Shown: positions 50,301 to 57,059 of the stretch, in pieces
How positions within the stretch are numbered: position 1 is the first letter of the stretch
Layout of the letters: the number at the start of each line of letters is the position of its first letter
Assembly (NCBI GenBank): GCA_964648855.1
Contig: CAZYLT010000011.1
Coordinates: 2,158-66,157, forward strand
DNA from: an uncultured archaeon
GTDB lineage: Archaea > Asgardarchaeota > Thorarchaeia > Thorarchaeales > Thorarchaeaceae
DNA: 64,000 bases
Direction: 5' to 3'
The notes under the pieces: generated by a model
Told to the model about the DNA's origin: nothing
Database searches by the model: none
The model's input: the letters and a program-made list of their open reading frames with translations, nothing else
Made by a program: the position numbers and the translations under genes

Positions 50301-50458
50301 ATACTGTTATGATGATGTTTTGGACTATTTCTATTGTTGCCGAGATTGTTATCGGGTCTTTGCTACTGACCCGCTATCGTTCTTCAGGTGGCCCATTCAA
50401 TCAAGGAATAACGATGGAGAAGAAAGAATCTATAGAATATAAGAAAGAAACAAGGTGA
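44285..50458 (+). CDS. giant (~2057 aa) membrane-anchored surface protein: N-terminal TM, transglutaminase-like Cys/His core, ~14 tandem prealbumin/Cna-B-like repeats, C-terminal TM anchor
   Basis: TM helix near aa 14-36; core GGGLPMDFATAYCVFMRDLGIPARMTIGYA...YRIVRVRHMLFYAEVFIP (Cys329/His361) matches the transglutaminase-like consensus; ~100-aa repeats of form xLxxxNGTPLxGxTVxIxWDNGS...TTNxxGxYSFxYNxS; many NxS/T sequons; C-terminal hydrophobic helix MMMFWTISIVAEIVIGSLLL then basic tail. Start may be at M12 (44318). Confidence 0.7.
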   Translation: MSASKTETKRKMGLVTIASSLFIIATIVWGTYTLIMIQSGNVRAYQPHQPFDEIPPWEYDLDWAGGRTNWFENVNYTDIPLDQELPENLLEQMENVVFIAEPDQPAQLWRNSAYDQYDGSGWSKTQASQYTFSGISQEDATNQGNTIYTIYLNVSVGPNVGEIELPTIFPEAQVIQGSFQSEPAGRIESYELSTDDYGTVRFSPMLLGDTNETIVVSYDVTYTEQNQQNISDNAVEGSAAPASISSLYTDLSLVDELTPRVQNEIDPFRDVGDNAYQKARAVEVYFRDTYDLIIDEERINERPPSDREVTDWFIERGGGLPMDFATAYCVFMRDLGIPARMTIGYALGDAQDGYRIVRVRHMLFYAEVFIPLQGGGGEWIQVIPLSLPDNMGGGELPANAGEGNVSLYVFPPQWSLIGEPFNLSSLLLVNDIPVARNETIVFHDETDNVPMGTAEIEQGTYLPLANITYTFPDNATVSAHNISATWNSDAYSVSNFTIVYAVGEANPLSPQSVRTSSSFMPSETTDVNIKLGLDNYTAHWEDILHVYGTLTVNGQPVDGTTLDNDQMQIMWDELFYGNATIQSDGYYEIDIYVDPADLLRMTTGDHLLWAQYAGEYDSETGFPVILPGRSQDNSTVEVRGHPSFGLSVSPTDTYAGSTLTYEGVLELLNGTPLVGETVGIILNGTLVDTTTTNSSGGYMYDYSIPWDYPAGTVYAQVNWTSGLTLIDGNTSASISVIIRAGLTDLTIDSSPRSPDPVHIFENITIYGYLTDASNGTPLAERTIDIWWEEDGSPVQIGSNTTTATGYYELVYTVPSGYEGEVTYWSEFSSTEPYYQSSRSVNLSIIVKKYDVTITISATPDPVSISEIVCIEGLVTLPEIPALLRDAHLTIWWHNSTGTYNITGIYTNSTGGYLFDYQVPIDHELAAVEVWTQFISPSPALASNESQHISLSVSNYASIISVDSNSTIVHLNESILIYGNLHLNNGTPLAGYTVQIQWDNGSVYYFNVTTNGAGDYSFVYNFSLSQDSEGIVEVQAIHTSINPIYNSSSAWLSPSLMVQLYQLDLTGTVNATQVHQDEVLLFSGTLSFVDNGAPISGETISVFYDHGNGTVSEFLKITDSSGGYSFLYNYSFADALGAIYIWAEYTSTNPLWDNSTSPTRTVQIILYSLDLTTTTNSSTYYLDQAVFISGQLSFTNNGTGISNEQVRVFWDNGTDVIDLGFHTTNSTGYYNLTIDLSPQDHSPGDFTIWANYSSSNALWDNASSSPGTTITLQLYQVVLDVSISPNPVYLNETVTITAHLYFMLNGSDIFGAEITLWWYNGTDFNLVTLTTDPTGEVSFAYDRMDRDTTLSVEIFANYSGSSLIESKESTHQLLTLLRWSTVFSSISTGGTTSYHPTETIVISGILYYDEPDPDVPYGGVIVEILIDGSVVNSTTTASDGSFTSYYTIPASISPGTYDLTTRFTSSNNWVSGTTSAPVSIDIDAYQLVWTLTLNSAVSYPITLYRSEWLNISGTLELDDGTPYGGQTVDIYWILVGSDELAEFIISVVTQPDGSFQYQFRISDTETLGLKDIWANCTPTDPYVASGESSSRSAFIEPIPVSLTVSADVSLAYLGDTITINGTLTFGNGTPIVNEDVEIFWNGGLIATITVEDGINGSYIHYLDLPYFEDVGLIALYARFVQPSEAYSEAETPEEIIEVRDLITISFDAQEIFVVNRGDSLEMSGGVANDGRGVGDLEVELLVNGTSTGLTTTTDSSGNFLFTIVVESDQEAGSYNLSVIAVSSYREVSAASDYWIVDVHLRSIVSIVIDRGGVVLVGENLTVSVNVVDEDGNSVGGEYVEIYLNNTLMETITLSGTGLFTTNIDITSSWDGGSGHFVARAVFAGVGLIDASNDTSDSTVHIVMNVEIIDLSPSSVLPNSPFSISGRLVDEEENPIVGRSLRIYLNSSSEYQTPSTDEDGAFTYSIRTGYPDQSRLNYIIALHRNDGTEFDRASGTVLIQASSPPTIDTVMMMFWTISIVAEIVIGSLLLTRYRSSGGPFNQGITMEKKESIEYKKETR
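45995..50255 (+). repeat. in-frame tandem array of ~14 degenerate ~290-300-nt (~100-aa) domain repeats inside the giant gene
   Basis: Recurrent NGTP(L/I)xG..(V/I)xIxW...GxYxFxY motif about every 95-105 aa. Confidence 0.55.
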
Positions 50459-50465
50459 AAAAAAC

Positions 50466-50918
50466 ATGCAGCTTGAAACAATAATGCCAATTGCCGCCGT
50501 TACTGGCGCCATCATAGTCGTGCTGCTATATCTCTACTACGTAAAGGGATACTTCAGAAATAGTGAATCCATCACAAGTGTAGACATGCCCCAAAAACTG
50601 CGAAAAATAAAGAAGATGGCTGATTCTGGCAAGTACGACGAGGCTATTATTCTAGCATATCGAACGTTTGAAGAGATGGTTGGAAATAAGACACGTTCGA
50701 GTCGTGCGAGCTCGGAAACAGCTCGTGAATTCACTGACCGCACATTGAAGATTCTTCCACTTGACGCTGAGAAAGTTGATACCTTTATCGGCATCTATCA
50801 GAGAGCCCGGTTCTCAAATCACAAAGTATCCCGCGATAGCTATGAATCTGCAATCAAGATATTCACAGACATCTATCCTCGCATAGAAGGGGCAACACCA
50901 TCGGTTGCAGCAGCTTAG
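50466..50918 (+). CDS. DUF4129-domain protein (TM + C-terminal DUF4129), transglutaminase-associated family
   Basis: N-terminal TM; C-terminal ETAREFTDR...YQRARFSNHKVSRDSYESA matches the DUF4129 pattern. Confidence 0.55.
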   Translation: MQLETIMPIAAVTGAIIVVLLYLYYVKGYFRNSESITSVDMPQKLRKIKKMADSGKYDEAIILAYRTFEEMVGNKTRSSRASSETAREFTDRTLKILPLDAEKVDTFIGIYQRARFSNHKVSRDSYESAIKIFTDIYPRIEGATPSVAAA

Positions 50919-50954
50919 ATATTACGGAGTCGGAAAATAAAGGAGTCAACGAAA

Positions 50955-52340
50955 ATGGGTTGGAAAGAAGCAATGCAAATCACGCTCTTCATTCTAGCCT
51001 GGATTCCGATTGGTTTTCTAGCTGTCACAACATTCTCTGGTGGCACAGAAGCCTACCCTCAAGATTTCTCGGTATTCAACTCGGATTGGAATGGGTTGAG
51101 TGACTATCGGATTCAGATTGAAGAACAAGGTTATGACGTTAGTGTGATTCAGTCTACAATGAGCACAGTCACTCGCTATGATGGAAATGCAGTTCTTTTC
51201 ATAATTGGTCCTGTGAGGGACTTTACAATCGATGCAACATTGACGATCTTCCAGCATATACTAGGTGGTGGTACGGTTGTTATTGCAGATGATTTTGGTA
51301 CAGCCAACACATCATTTTCATTGTTGAATGAATACCTTCTCGATGTAATCGGAGCTCAGTATCTAGAGGCACTAGGCGTTGATGGGTTTGTTTCCTTTGC
51401 CGATGGTGTTCTTCTAGATTTGGACTCCTATCACATGACGCCTAAAGTTCCTGTCATTCGCAATTTCGTCTTGCATCCCCTTACTCAGGGAGTCGATTCT
51501 CTTTATCTCAATAATGCCACAGTGCTCTCTCCAACCAGTGCACTTGGATTCGCTGGAATCGCCCGTACAACTTCTCGGGCTTGGTGTGAAACAAATATCT
51601 CCGACCCGCGTCCTTCACCAAATGAAGGTGAGCTGTCCGGTGTATTGCCCGTTGTTGGAGCAATTGATATTGGTTCTTTTCGCGACGGTGCCGGAAAGCT
51701 GGTGGCAATATCCGACCCAAGCCTTTTCATAAATGATATGTACACCAGGTTTGAGGGCAACAGAAGGTTTGCTATGAACGTTATAGATTGGGCAACAGAG
51801 GGTTCTAGCAACGACACAATCATATTTTCAGAACAGCTTCTTGCAACCCCCATTTACTCTTCTGAGTTCTTTTTTGGGGCATTTCTCGGGAGGATATTTT
51901 GGGCATCCACCAACCTGTTCCTAGCACCGGTATATCCCTTGATGACTGCAATTGGCATTAAGAAGTACTTACCAGACATGAAGAAGCCCGAAGTTAAAAG
52001 CGTGTCAGAGGTATTCATGAGGAAGGGGCAGACATACTTCAGCGAGCGCATGTCTTACTATAGAACAGAGGGCAACTATGGGCGAGTAGTGAGGATGCTA
52101 TATCGTCGATTGCGACGTGGATTACAAAAACAATACCATTGGACACAGTTTGACCCCCGTGAGTTATGGGAGATTGTGAGCCATAAAATGCCCAACATGG
52201 AGAAGGAAACTTTCTTCGAAACAATTGATAGAATTGAAGAAATAAAATCGAAGTCGGACATCAAAATTAGTGAAGACGAAATGATGAGTTTGTTCTTCTG
52301 GATGCGTGACATCCAAACCAAACTGATTGAAACAAAATGA
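50955..52340 (+). CDS. DUF4350-like membrane protein
   Basis: N-terminal TM, extracytoplasmic domain with GGTVVIADDFG block, second TM, basic cytoplasmic tail; position between DUF4129 and MoxR as in bacterial MoxR/DUF58/TGase clusters. Confidence 0.4.
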   Translation: MGWKEAMQITLFILAWIPIGFLAVTTFSGGTEAYPQDFSVFNSDWNGLSDYRIQIEEQGYDVSVIQSTMSTVTRYDGNAVLFIIGPVRDFTIDATLTIFQHILGGGTVVIADDFGTANTSFSLLNEYLLDVIGAQYLEALGVDGFVSFADGVLLDLDSYHMTPKVPVIRNFVLHPLTQGVDSLYLNNATVLSPTSALGFAGIARTTSRAWCETNISDPRPSPNEGELSGVLPVVGAIDIGSFRDGAGKLVAISDPSLFINDMYTRFEGNRRFAMNVIDWATEGSSNDTIIFSEQLLATPIYSSEFFFGAFLGRIFWASTNLFLAPVYPLMTAIGIKKYLPDMKKPEVKSVSEVFMRKGQTYFSERMSYYRTEGNYGRVVRMLYRRLRRGLQKQYHWTQFDPRELWEIVSHKMPNMEKETFFETIDRIEEIKSKSDIKISEDEMMSLFFWMRDIQTKLIETK

Positions 52341-52354
52341 GGTAGAAGATAATA

Positions 52355-53341
52355 ATGACTGCAGAATCGACAGATACGACCATGGGAAACTCAGAATCTC
52401 CCATGTCTATATCACAGGTACATGATATTACAGACGAAATCATCCGTGAGTGTGGCCGAATCATAGTTGGAAAAGTTGAAATCCTTAGAGACGTTCTGAT
52501 TGCGTTTCTATCTGACGGACATGTTGTACTTGAGGGCGTTCCTGGCTTGGCAAAAACCTACATGGCTAGAACATTTGCATCAATACTAGGATGTGCGTTC
52601 AAGAGAATTCAACTAACAGTTGATACATTGCCCGCTGACCTACTGGGAACAAATGTTTTCAATCAGCAGACTGGCGAATTTTGGTTCCGAAAAGGGCCAG
52701 TCTTTGCGAATCTGGTTCTTGCTGATGAAATAAACAGATGCCCTCCAAAATCACAGAGCGCTCTATTAGAGGTAATGGAAGAGCGTCAGGTTTCCACTGA
52801 GGGTGTCACGCGGAAGCTACCTAGGCCGTTCCTAATCATTGCCACACAGAACCCGGTTGAGCAAGAGGGCACCTATCCACTTCCTGAAGCTCAGCTTGAT
52901 AGATTCATGTTCAGATTAGTTTTGGATTACCCTACTGGAGCTGAAGAGGCAGAAGTCATTCGTCGTAAACATAGAGGTGAAGTTGATGACCTCCGAGTAC
53001 TGGTGAATCCACAAAGCATTGTCAAACTGCAAGATGCTTGTAAAACTGTGTACATGGATGAGGATATCATTGAGTATATTCGAGATATTGTGGTCAGAAC
53101 CCGCAACGACCCACAGATCTTGCTGGGAGGGTCTCCTAGAGCGTCCCTCGTTCTTATGAATGCGTCTAAGACGCGGGCTGCCATGCTTGGAAGAGATTAT
53201 GTGATTCCTGAAGATGTAAGAAAACTCTCGTTACAAACCCTAAATCACAGGCTCATTCTCAAGCCGGAGGCTGAGCTTGAAGGACTCACTGTTAAGCGAG
53301 TTGTAAGCAAGATTCTCGGAGAAGTCGACATTCCAAGATAG
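52355..53341 (+). CDS. MoxR-family AAA+ ATPase
   Basis: Walker A GVPGLAKT, Walker B LLADEINRCPPKSQSALLEVMEE, sensor/arginine finger region; 328 aa. Confidence 0.85.
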   Translation: MTAESTDTTMGNSESPMSISQVHDITDEIIRECGRIIVGKVEILRDVLIAFLSDGHVVLEGVPGLAKTYMARTFASILGCAFKRIQLTVDTLPADLLGTNVFNQQTGEFWFRKGPVFANLVLADEINRCPPKSQSALLEVMEERQVSTEGVTRKLPRPFLIIATQNPVEQEGTYPLPEAQLDRFMFRLVLDYPTGAEEAEVIRRKHRGEVDDLRVLVNPQSIVKLQDACKTVYMDEDIIEYIRDIVVRTRNDPQILLGGSPRASLVLMNASKTRAAMLGRDYVIPEDVRKLSLQTLNHRLILKPEAELEGLTVKRVVSKILGEVDIPR

Positions 53342-53352
53342 AACCCAGAGGA

Positions 53353-54684
53353 TTGCGAATATTGATAACACAGAGAGGTTGGATTGTTCTCTTTTCCGGC
53401 GTGTTACTACTCACTAGTGGATTCTCCTTTGATAATTTCTACCTCACACTGGTAGGAGTATATTTACTCGTTGGATTAGTGGTGACGCTTCCTCTCTTCG
53501 CAATGACAGCAAATCTTTCGGGAATAGAAGTTGAGCGCTACATCGATAAGACGAAAATTTTCTCAGGTGATTTTCTCAAGGTCAAAGTAGTTGTAAAGAA
53601 CACCTCAAGAAGACACTTTGACTTTATCGAGGTACATGATCAATATCCCGAAACCTGGATATTGGCGATCGGCGAAAATTTCATCGCATCACGAATCGAA
53701 CCCAATAGCAGCATTACTTTTTCATATATTGTTCAGGTCAGAATGCGCGGTTCCTATTATCTAGGACCAACTGAGGTCATAATGAGGGACCGACTGGGCC
53801 TCCATTTCTACAAGCGCACAGTTAGAGAAAGAACCCAGATGCTTGTGTACCCAACTTGGAAGGATGTACGAAGACTCGAAGCTATCGGGAAGCAACGGCA
53901 ACTGGGACTGATGTTCGGAGCTCATAGAACAAAGGTCGTTGGTATGGGTACTGACTTTGCAGGTTTCAGAGATTATGTCCCAGGTGATGCTTTCAGGGTA
54001 ATTGATTGGAAAAGCAGTGCTCGACGTGGGGATATGATTGTCAAACAATATGAGATGGAGAAAAACGTCCAAATCATCTGCATGGTTGACTCCTCGGGAA
54101 GTATGGGAAATGGCTATCCTGAAAACACCAAACTAGAATATGCGATACGTGCAGCTGTACTTCTAACTAATCTTGGGCTAGAACGCAAGGACCTTGTGGG
54201 CACCTGCGTCTTCAGCAATCTGGTGCATTCATATGTTTCCCCCTCTTTGCATCCGAATCATATGTACGACGTTTTGGAGGCATTGGCACGTGCGGAGCCC
54301 ACTGGCTGGAGTAACTATGAGGCTGCCATATCTCATGTGACCAGTCAGACAAAGAATCGTTCATTCATAATCTGGCTCACAGACCTGGAGGAGTCTCCTG
54401 CTCCACTGCTCAATGCCATGAAGAAAGTCGTTGCGAATGGGCACCAAGCTATGGTCATCAGTCCCTTTGGTCCGTGGTTTGAGGCACCAATAGGTCAATT
54501 CGGCCCTGTTGAACGAGTGTTAGCTGAAGCGGTTTCAGAAGAATTATGGGAGCGCCGCCTCAAGATTTCTAGAGCGCTTGCCAGATTTAGCATAGATGTT
54601 ATCAATGTGGGTCCAGAGGATTTCTTGCCAACAATAATCAAACAATACGAGAATGCAAAGCAACGGGGGGTTGGAATGTATTGA
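53353..54684 (+). CDS. DUF58-family protein (vWA-like, MoxR partner) with two N-terminal TM helices
   Basis: DUF58 signature FRDYVPGDAFRVIDWKSSARRGDMIVKQYEMEKNVQIICMVDSSGSM (DxSxS MIDAS-like). Confidence 0.75.
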   Translation: MRILITQRGWIVLFSGVLLLTSGFSFDNFYLTLVGVYLLVGLVVTLPLFAMTANLSGIEVERYIDKTKIFSGDFLKVKVVVKNTSRRHFDFIEVHDQYPETWILAIGENFIASRIEPNSSITFSYIVQVRMRGSYYLGPTEVIMRDRLGLHFYKRTVRERTQMLVYPTWKDVRRLEAIGKQRQLGLMFGAHRTKVVGMGTDFAGFRDYVPGDAFRVIDWKSSARRGDMIVKQYEMEKNVQIICMVDSSGSMGNGYPENTKLEYAIRAAVLLTNLGLERKDLVGTCVFSNLVHSYVSPSLHPNHMYDVLEALARAEPTGWSNYEAAISHVTSQTKNRSFIIWLTDLEESPAPLLNAMKKVVANGHQAMVISPFGPWFEAPIGQFGPVERVLAEAVSEELWERRLKISRALARFSIDVINVGPEDFLPTIIKQYENAKQRGVGMY

Positions 54685-56069
54685 AGACAGTCACATGGAT
54701 TCTAAGAGCACTTTCAACGTTGGCATTCATTGCCATGTGCTGGATTGTCTATAACATTATGTCTGGCTTATGGGATTGGAACGCTCCGTATGTCTTCATA
54801 GTCACGACCTTCAGATTGCTTTCAATGGTGCTGTTTTTTGTTGCGTCTATAGTTATTACCGGATTAGTAGCTGGCATCACAGGTTCCCAACCAGGCCCAC
54901 TCGTAGTTGGACTGTACAATACACTGGTGTTGAGAGGATGGTATCTGCAACCGTTTGGTGTCAGCGGTCCTTTCACCTCTGTGGAGGCAATATTTCAGAA
55001 CTTCATTTTCAACTTGTTCAATATTTGGGAGATATTGCAGGTTAATACTTTCATCTTCATCTATTTCCTGTTCGCCGCACTGGGTGTCGCATTATTCCTC
55101 CAATCTCTCGTCAGAATGAATCACAAATTTGTTGGAGGGGCATTTTTGGCTATTCAGGGAATCTTGGTGATGGCCGCATTTGCAGAATTTCTTGTTAGCC
55201 AAGGTATAATCACGGCACCACTCTTGGCCACTGCAGATATTCCCAACTTCGAGCTCTTTCCGACTGACATTCTTGTATTTCTCACCAGCAGCCCTCAAAT
55301 ACTTGCACTGGTTTCATTTGCATATCTAGAGTTCAGTTACCAGATGCTGTATAGCGACTCGGTAGGAAAACCAGTTGAAGAACGAGAAGAGACCCTGAAG
55401 AAACAATTGCTGGCACTTCGACAAGAAACAAGGAAGCAAGATGAGATTGAACGTGATGAGAAGATCAGAACAACAGGAATGAGTAGCGTTTCTGGAGCCA
55501 CCGCATTTTCTTTCTTGAGAGAGGCAATTGAACGCAAGGTTCTTGGTCGAAAAGATGCAATCGAGAATCTTGATGTAATCTCTGACGTAAGACGATTACA
55601 GATTTTTGTCGATGAATTGCTTAGTTCTGACCCCGAAGCAAAAAACAACTTGACTGCTTCTGCGGCAGCCCCCTCAGAAAGTTATGTCATCATATCTACC
55701 ATACTGGGTTCTACAATTCGTTTTGCTGGTGTCATCATGCTATCGTTTGTTTTCATGAATCCCGCATTCTTCATAGCTTTCTTCAACCTGCCTCCTGGCA
55801 TACAAAACAGTGTCGAGATTGCACAGCCTGAAATGGTTGTCTTCTTCCTTCTACCTATCTTGTTATTGTTCCCCCTTGTTGCCATGATAATCGTATTGTT
55901 TACAAGAGATGAGGTAACCACCCCGGACAAGGAAAAAACTGAGGTCAAGAAGGAGAGCATAGTCCAGAAGCCGGCAAGAAGAAGGAAACGAGCCTCAAAG
56001 TCGAAAAGGGAACGCAAGCCTGAAGAAGATGAATGGGACCGAGCTCTTGAAAAAGAATTCAAACGATGA
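54681..56069 (+). CDS. polytopic membrane protein with charged C-terminal tail, last gene of the MoxR/DUF58 cluster
   Basis: At least 8 hydrophobic segments; start overlaps the DUF58 stop (ATGA); Lys/Glu/Arg-rich C-terminus. Confidence 0.4.
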   Translation: MKTVTWILRALSTLAFIAMCWIVYNIMSGLWDWNAPYVFIVTTFRLLSMVLFFVASIVITGLVAGITGSQPGPLVVGLYNTLVLRGWYLQPFGVSGPFTSVEAIFQNFIFNLFNIWEILQVNTFIFIYFLFAALGVALFLQSLVRMNHKFVGGAFLAIQGILVMAAFAEFLVSQGIITAPLLATADIPNFELFPTDILVFLTSSPQILALVSFAYLEFSYQMLYSDSVGKPVEEREETLKKQLLALRQETRKQDEIERDEKIRTTGMSSVSGATAFSFLREAIERKVLGRKDAIENLDVISDVRRLQIFVDELLSSDPEAKNNLTASAAAPSESYVIISTILGSTIRFAGVIMLSFVFMNPAFFIAFFNLPPGIQNSVEIAQPEMVVFFLLPILLLFPLVAMIIVLFTRDEVTTPDKEKTEVKKESIVQKPARRRKRASKSKRERKPEEDEWDRALEKEFKR

Positions 56070-56087
56070 AGGAATGAGGTTCTATAT

Positions 56088-57059
56088 TTGATGCAGAGTG
56101 TTGTACTTACCCATGGTGATGTAGATGGCATAACAGCTGGCGCAATAGCCTTGCTCGTTTCTCCTGGTGCTACCTTCTACTTTACACGACCATCCCAAAT
56201 ACACATGGATTTATTTCGTATAGCAAAGGATCGTCCCGATAAGGTCCGTATAAGCGACATAGCAGTCAACAGGAAGCGATTTCCGGAAGTTATTCGGGCC
56301 CTTGATAGGTTTCCCAATCACACCGAAATTACTTGGATTGACCATCATCCAATTCTTAGCAAACATAGGAAGGAATTGGAAAAACGAGTTGACTTCTTTC
56401 ATGAGAAGGGCCCAAGCGCGGCTGAATTAGTTTACAAAAAATACCAAGAGAAGCTTCCTGAACACGCCATCCATCTCGCACTATATGGAGCGATTGGTGA
56501 TTTTTGTGATGACACCCCATTTGCAAGAGAACACCTGGAAGACTATGACAAAAGAACACTCTACCTTGAAGCAGGGCTTTTAGTACAGGCTCTGCAAGAA
56601 ATAGACTATCGCAGAGAATCCAAAGACCTTGTTCGAGAGCTTACATTGGGAGTACCTCCCAGTTCTATGAACAACATCGTCGAGCTTGCAATGAAAGCCA
56701 CAAGAATTGAACATGAGGTCTTCAATTATGTAAAACAAAACGCTCGGAAGATGGGTGAGGTAGGATATATCTTGGATATGCCAATTTCAGGATACCGTGG
56801 GAAATCCGCAAAATTTGCTGCATATGTCACACAATCCCGTGTAGGAATAAGCGCCAGGTCTTTCGCTGATGTGATAGATATGAGCCTGCGAAGAAGAGGT
56901 CCACGTGTTGATTTAAATAAGACTCTCATCGAGATTCTTTCTAGAATCGATGATGCACATGGTGGAGGGCATCCTGCAGCCTCCGGGGCGACGATGAAGA
57001 AGGAGGATTTTCCCGGATTCCTTCAGAAATTGACCGAGTATGTTTCCGAGAGGACCTAG
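56088..57059 (+). CDS. DHH/DHHA1-family phosphoesterase (NrnA-like nanoRNase / pAp phosphatase)
   Basis: LTHGDVDGITAG (motif I/II), WIDHHP (DHH motif), GGGHPAASG (DHHA1 GGGH). Confidence 0.7.
   Translation: MMQSVVLTHGDVDGITAGAIALLVSPGATFYFTRPSQIHMDLFRIAKDRPDKVRISDIAVNRKRFPEVIRALDRFPNHTEITWIDHHPILSKHRKELEKRVDFFHEKGPSAAELVYKKYQEKLPEHAIHLALYGAIGDFCDDTPFAREHLEDYDKRTLYLEAGLLVQALQEIDYRRESKDLVRELTLGVPPSSMNNIVELAMKATRIEHEVFNYVKQNARKMGEVGYILDMPISGYRGKSAKFAAYVTQSRVGISARSFADVIDMSLRRRGPRVDLNKTLIEILSRIDDAHGGGHPAASGATMKKEDFPGFLQKLTEYVSERT

Noticed and set aside
50300-50458. C-terminus of the giant protein as a PGF-CTERM/archaeosortase signal
   Set aside because: A TM helix plus basic tail is present but there is no PGF (or PEF) tripeptide before the helix, so it is treated as a plain TM anchor.
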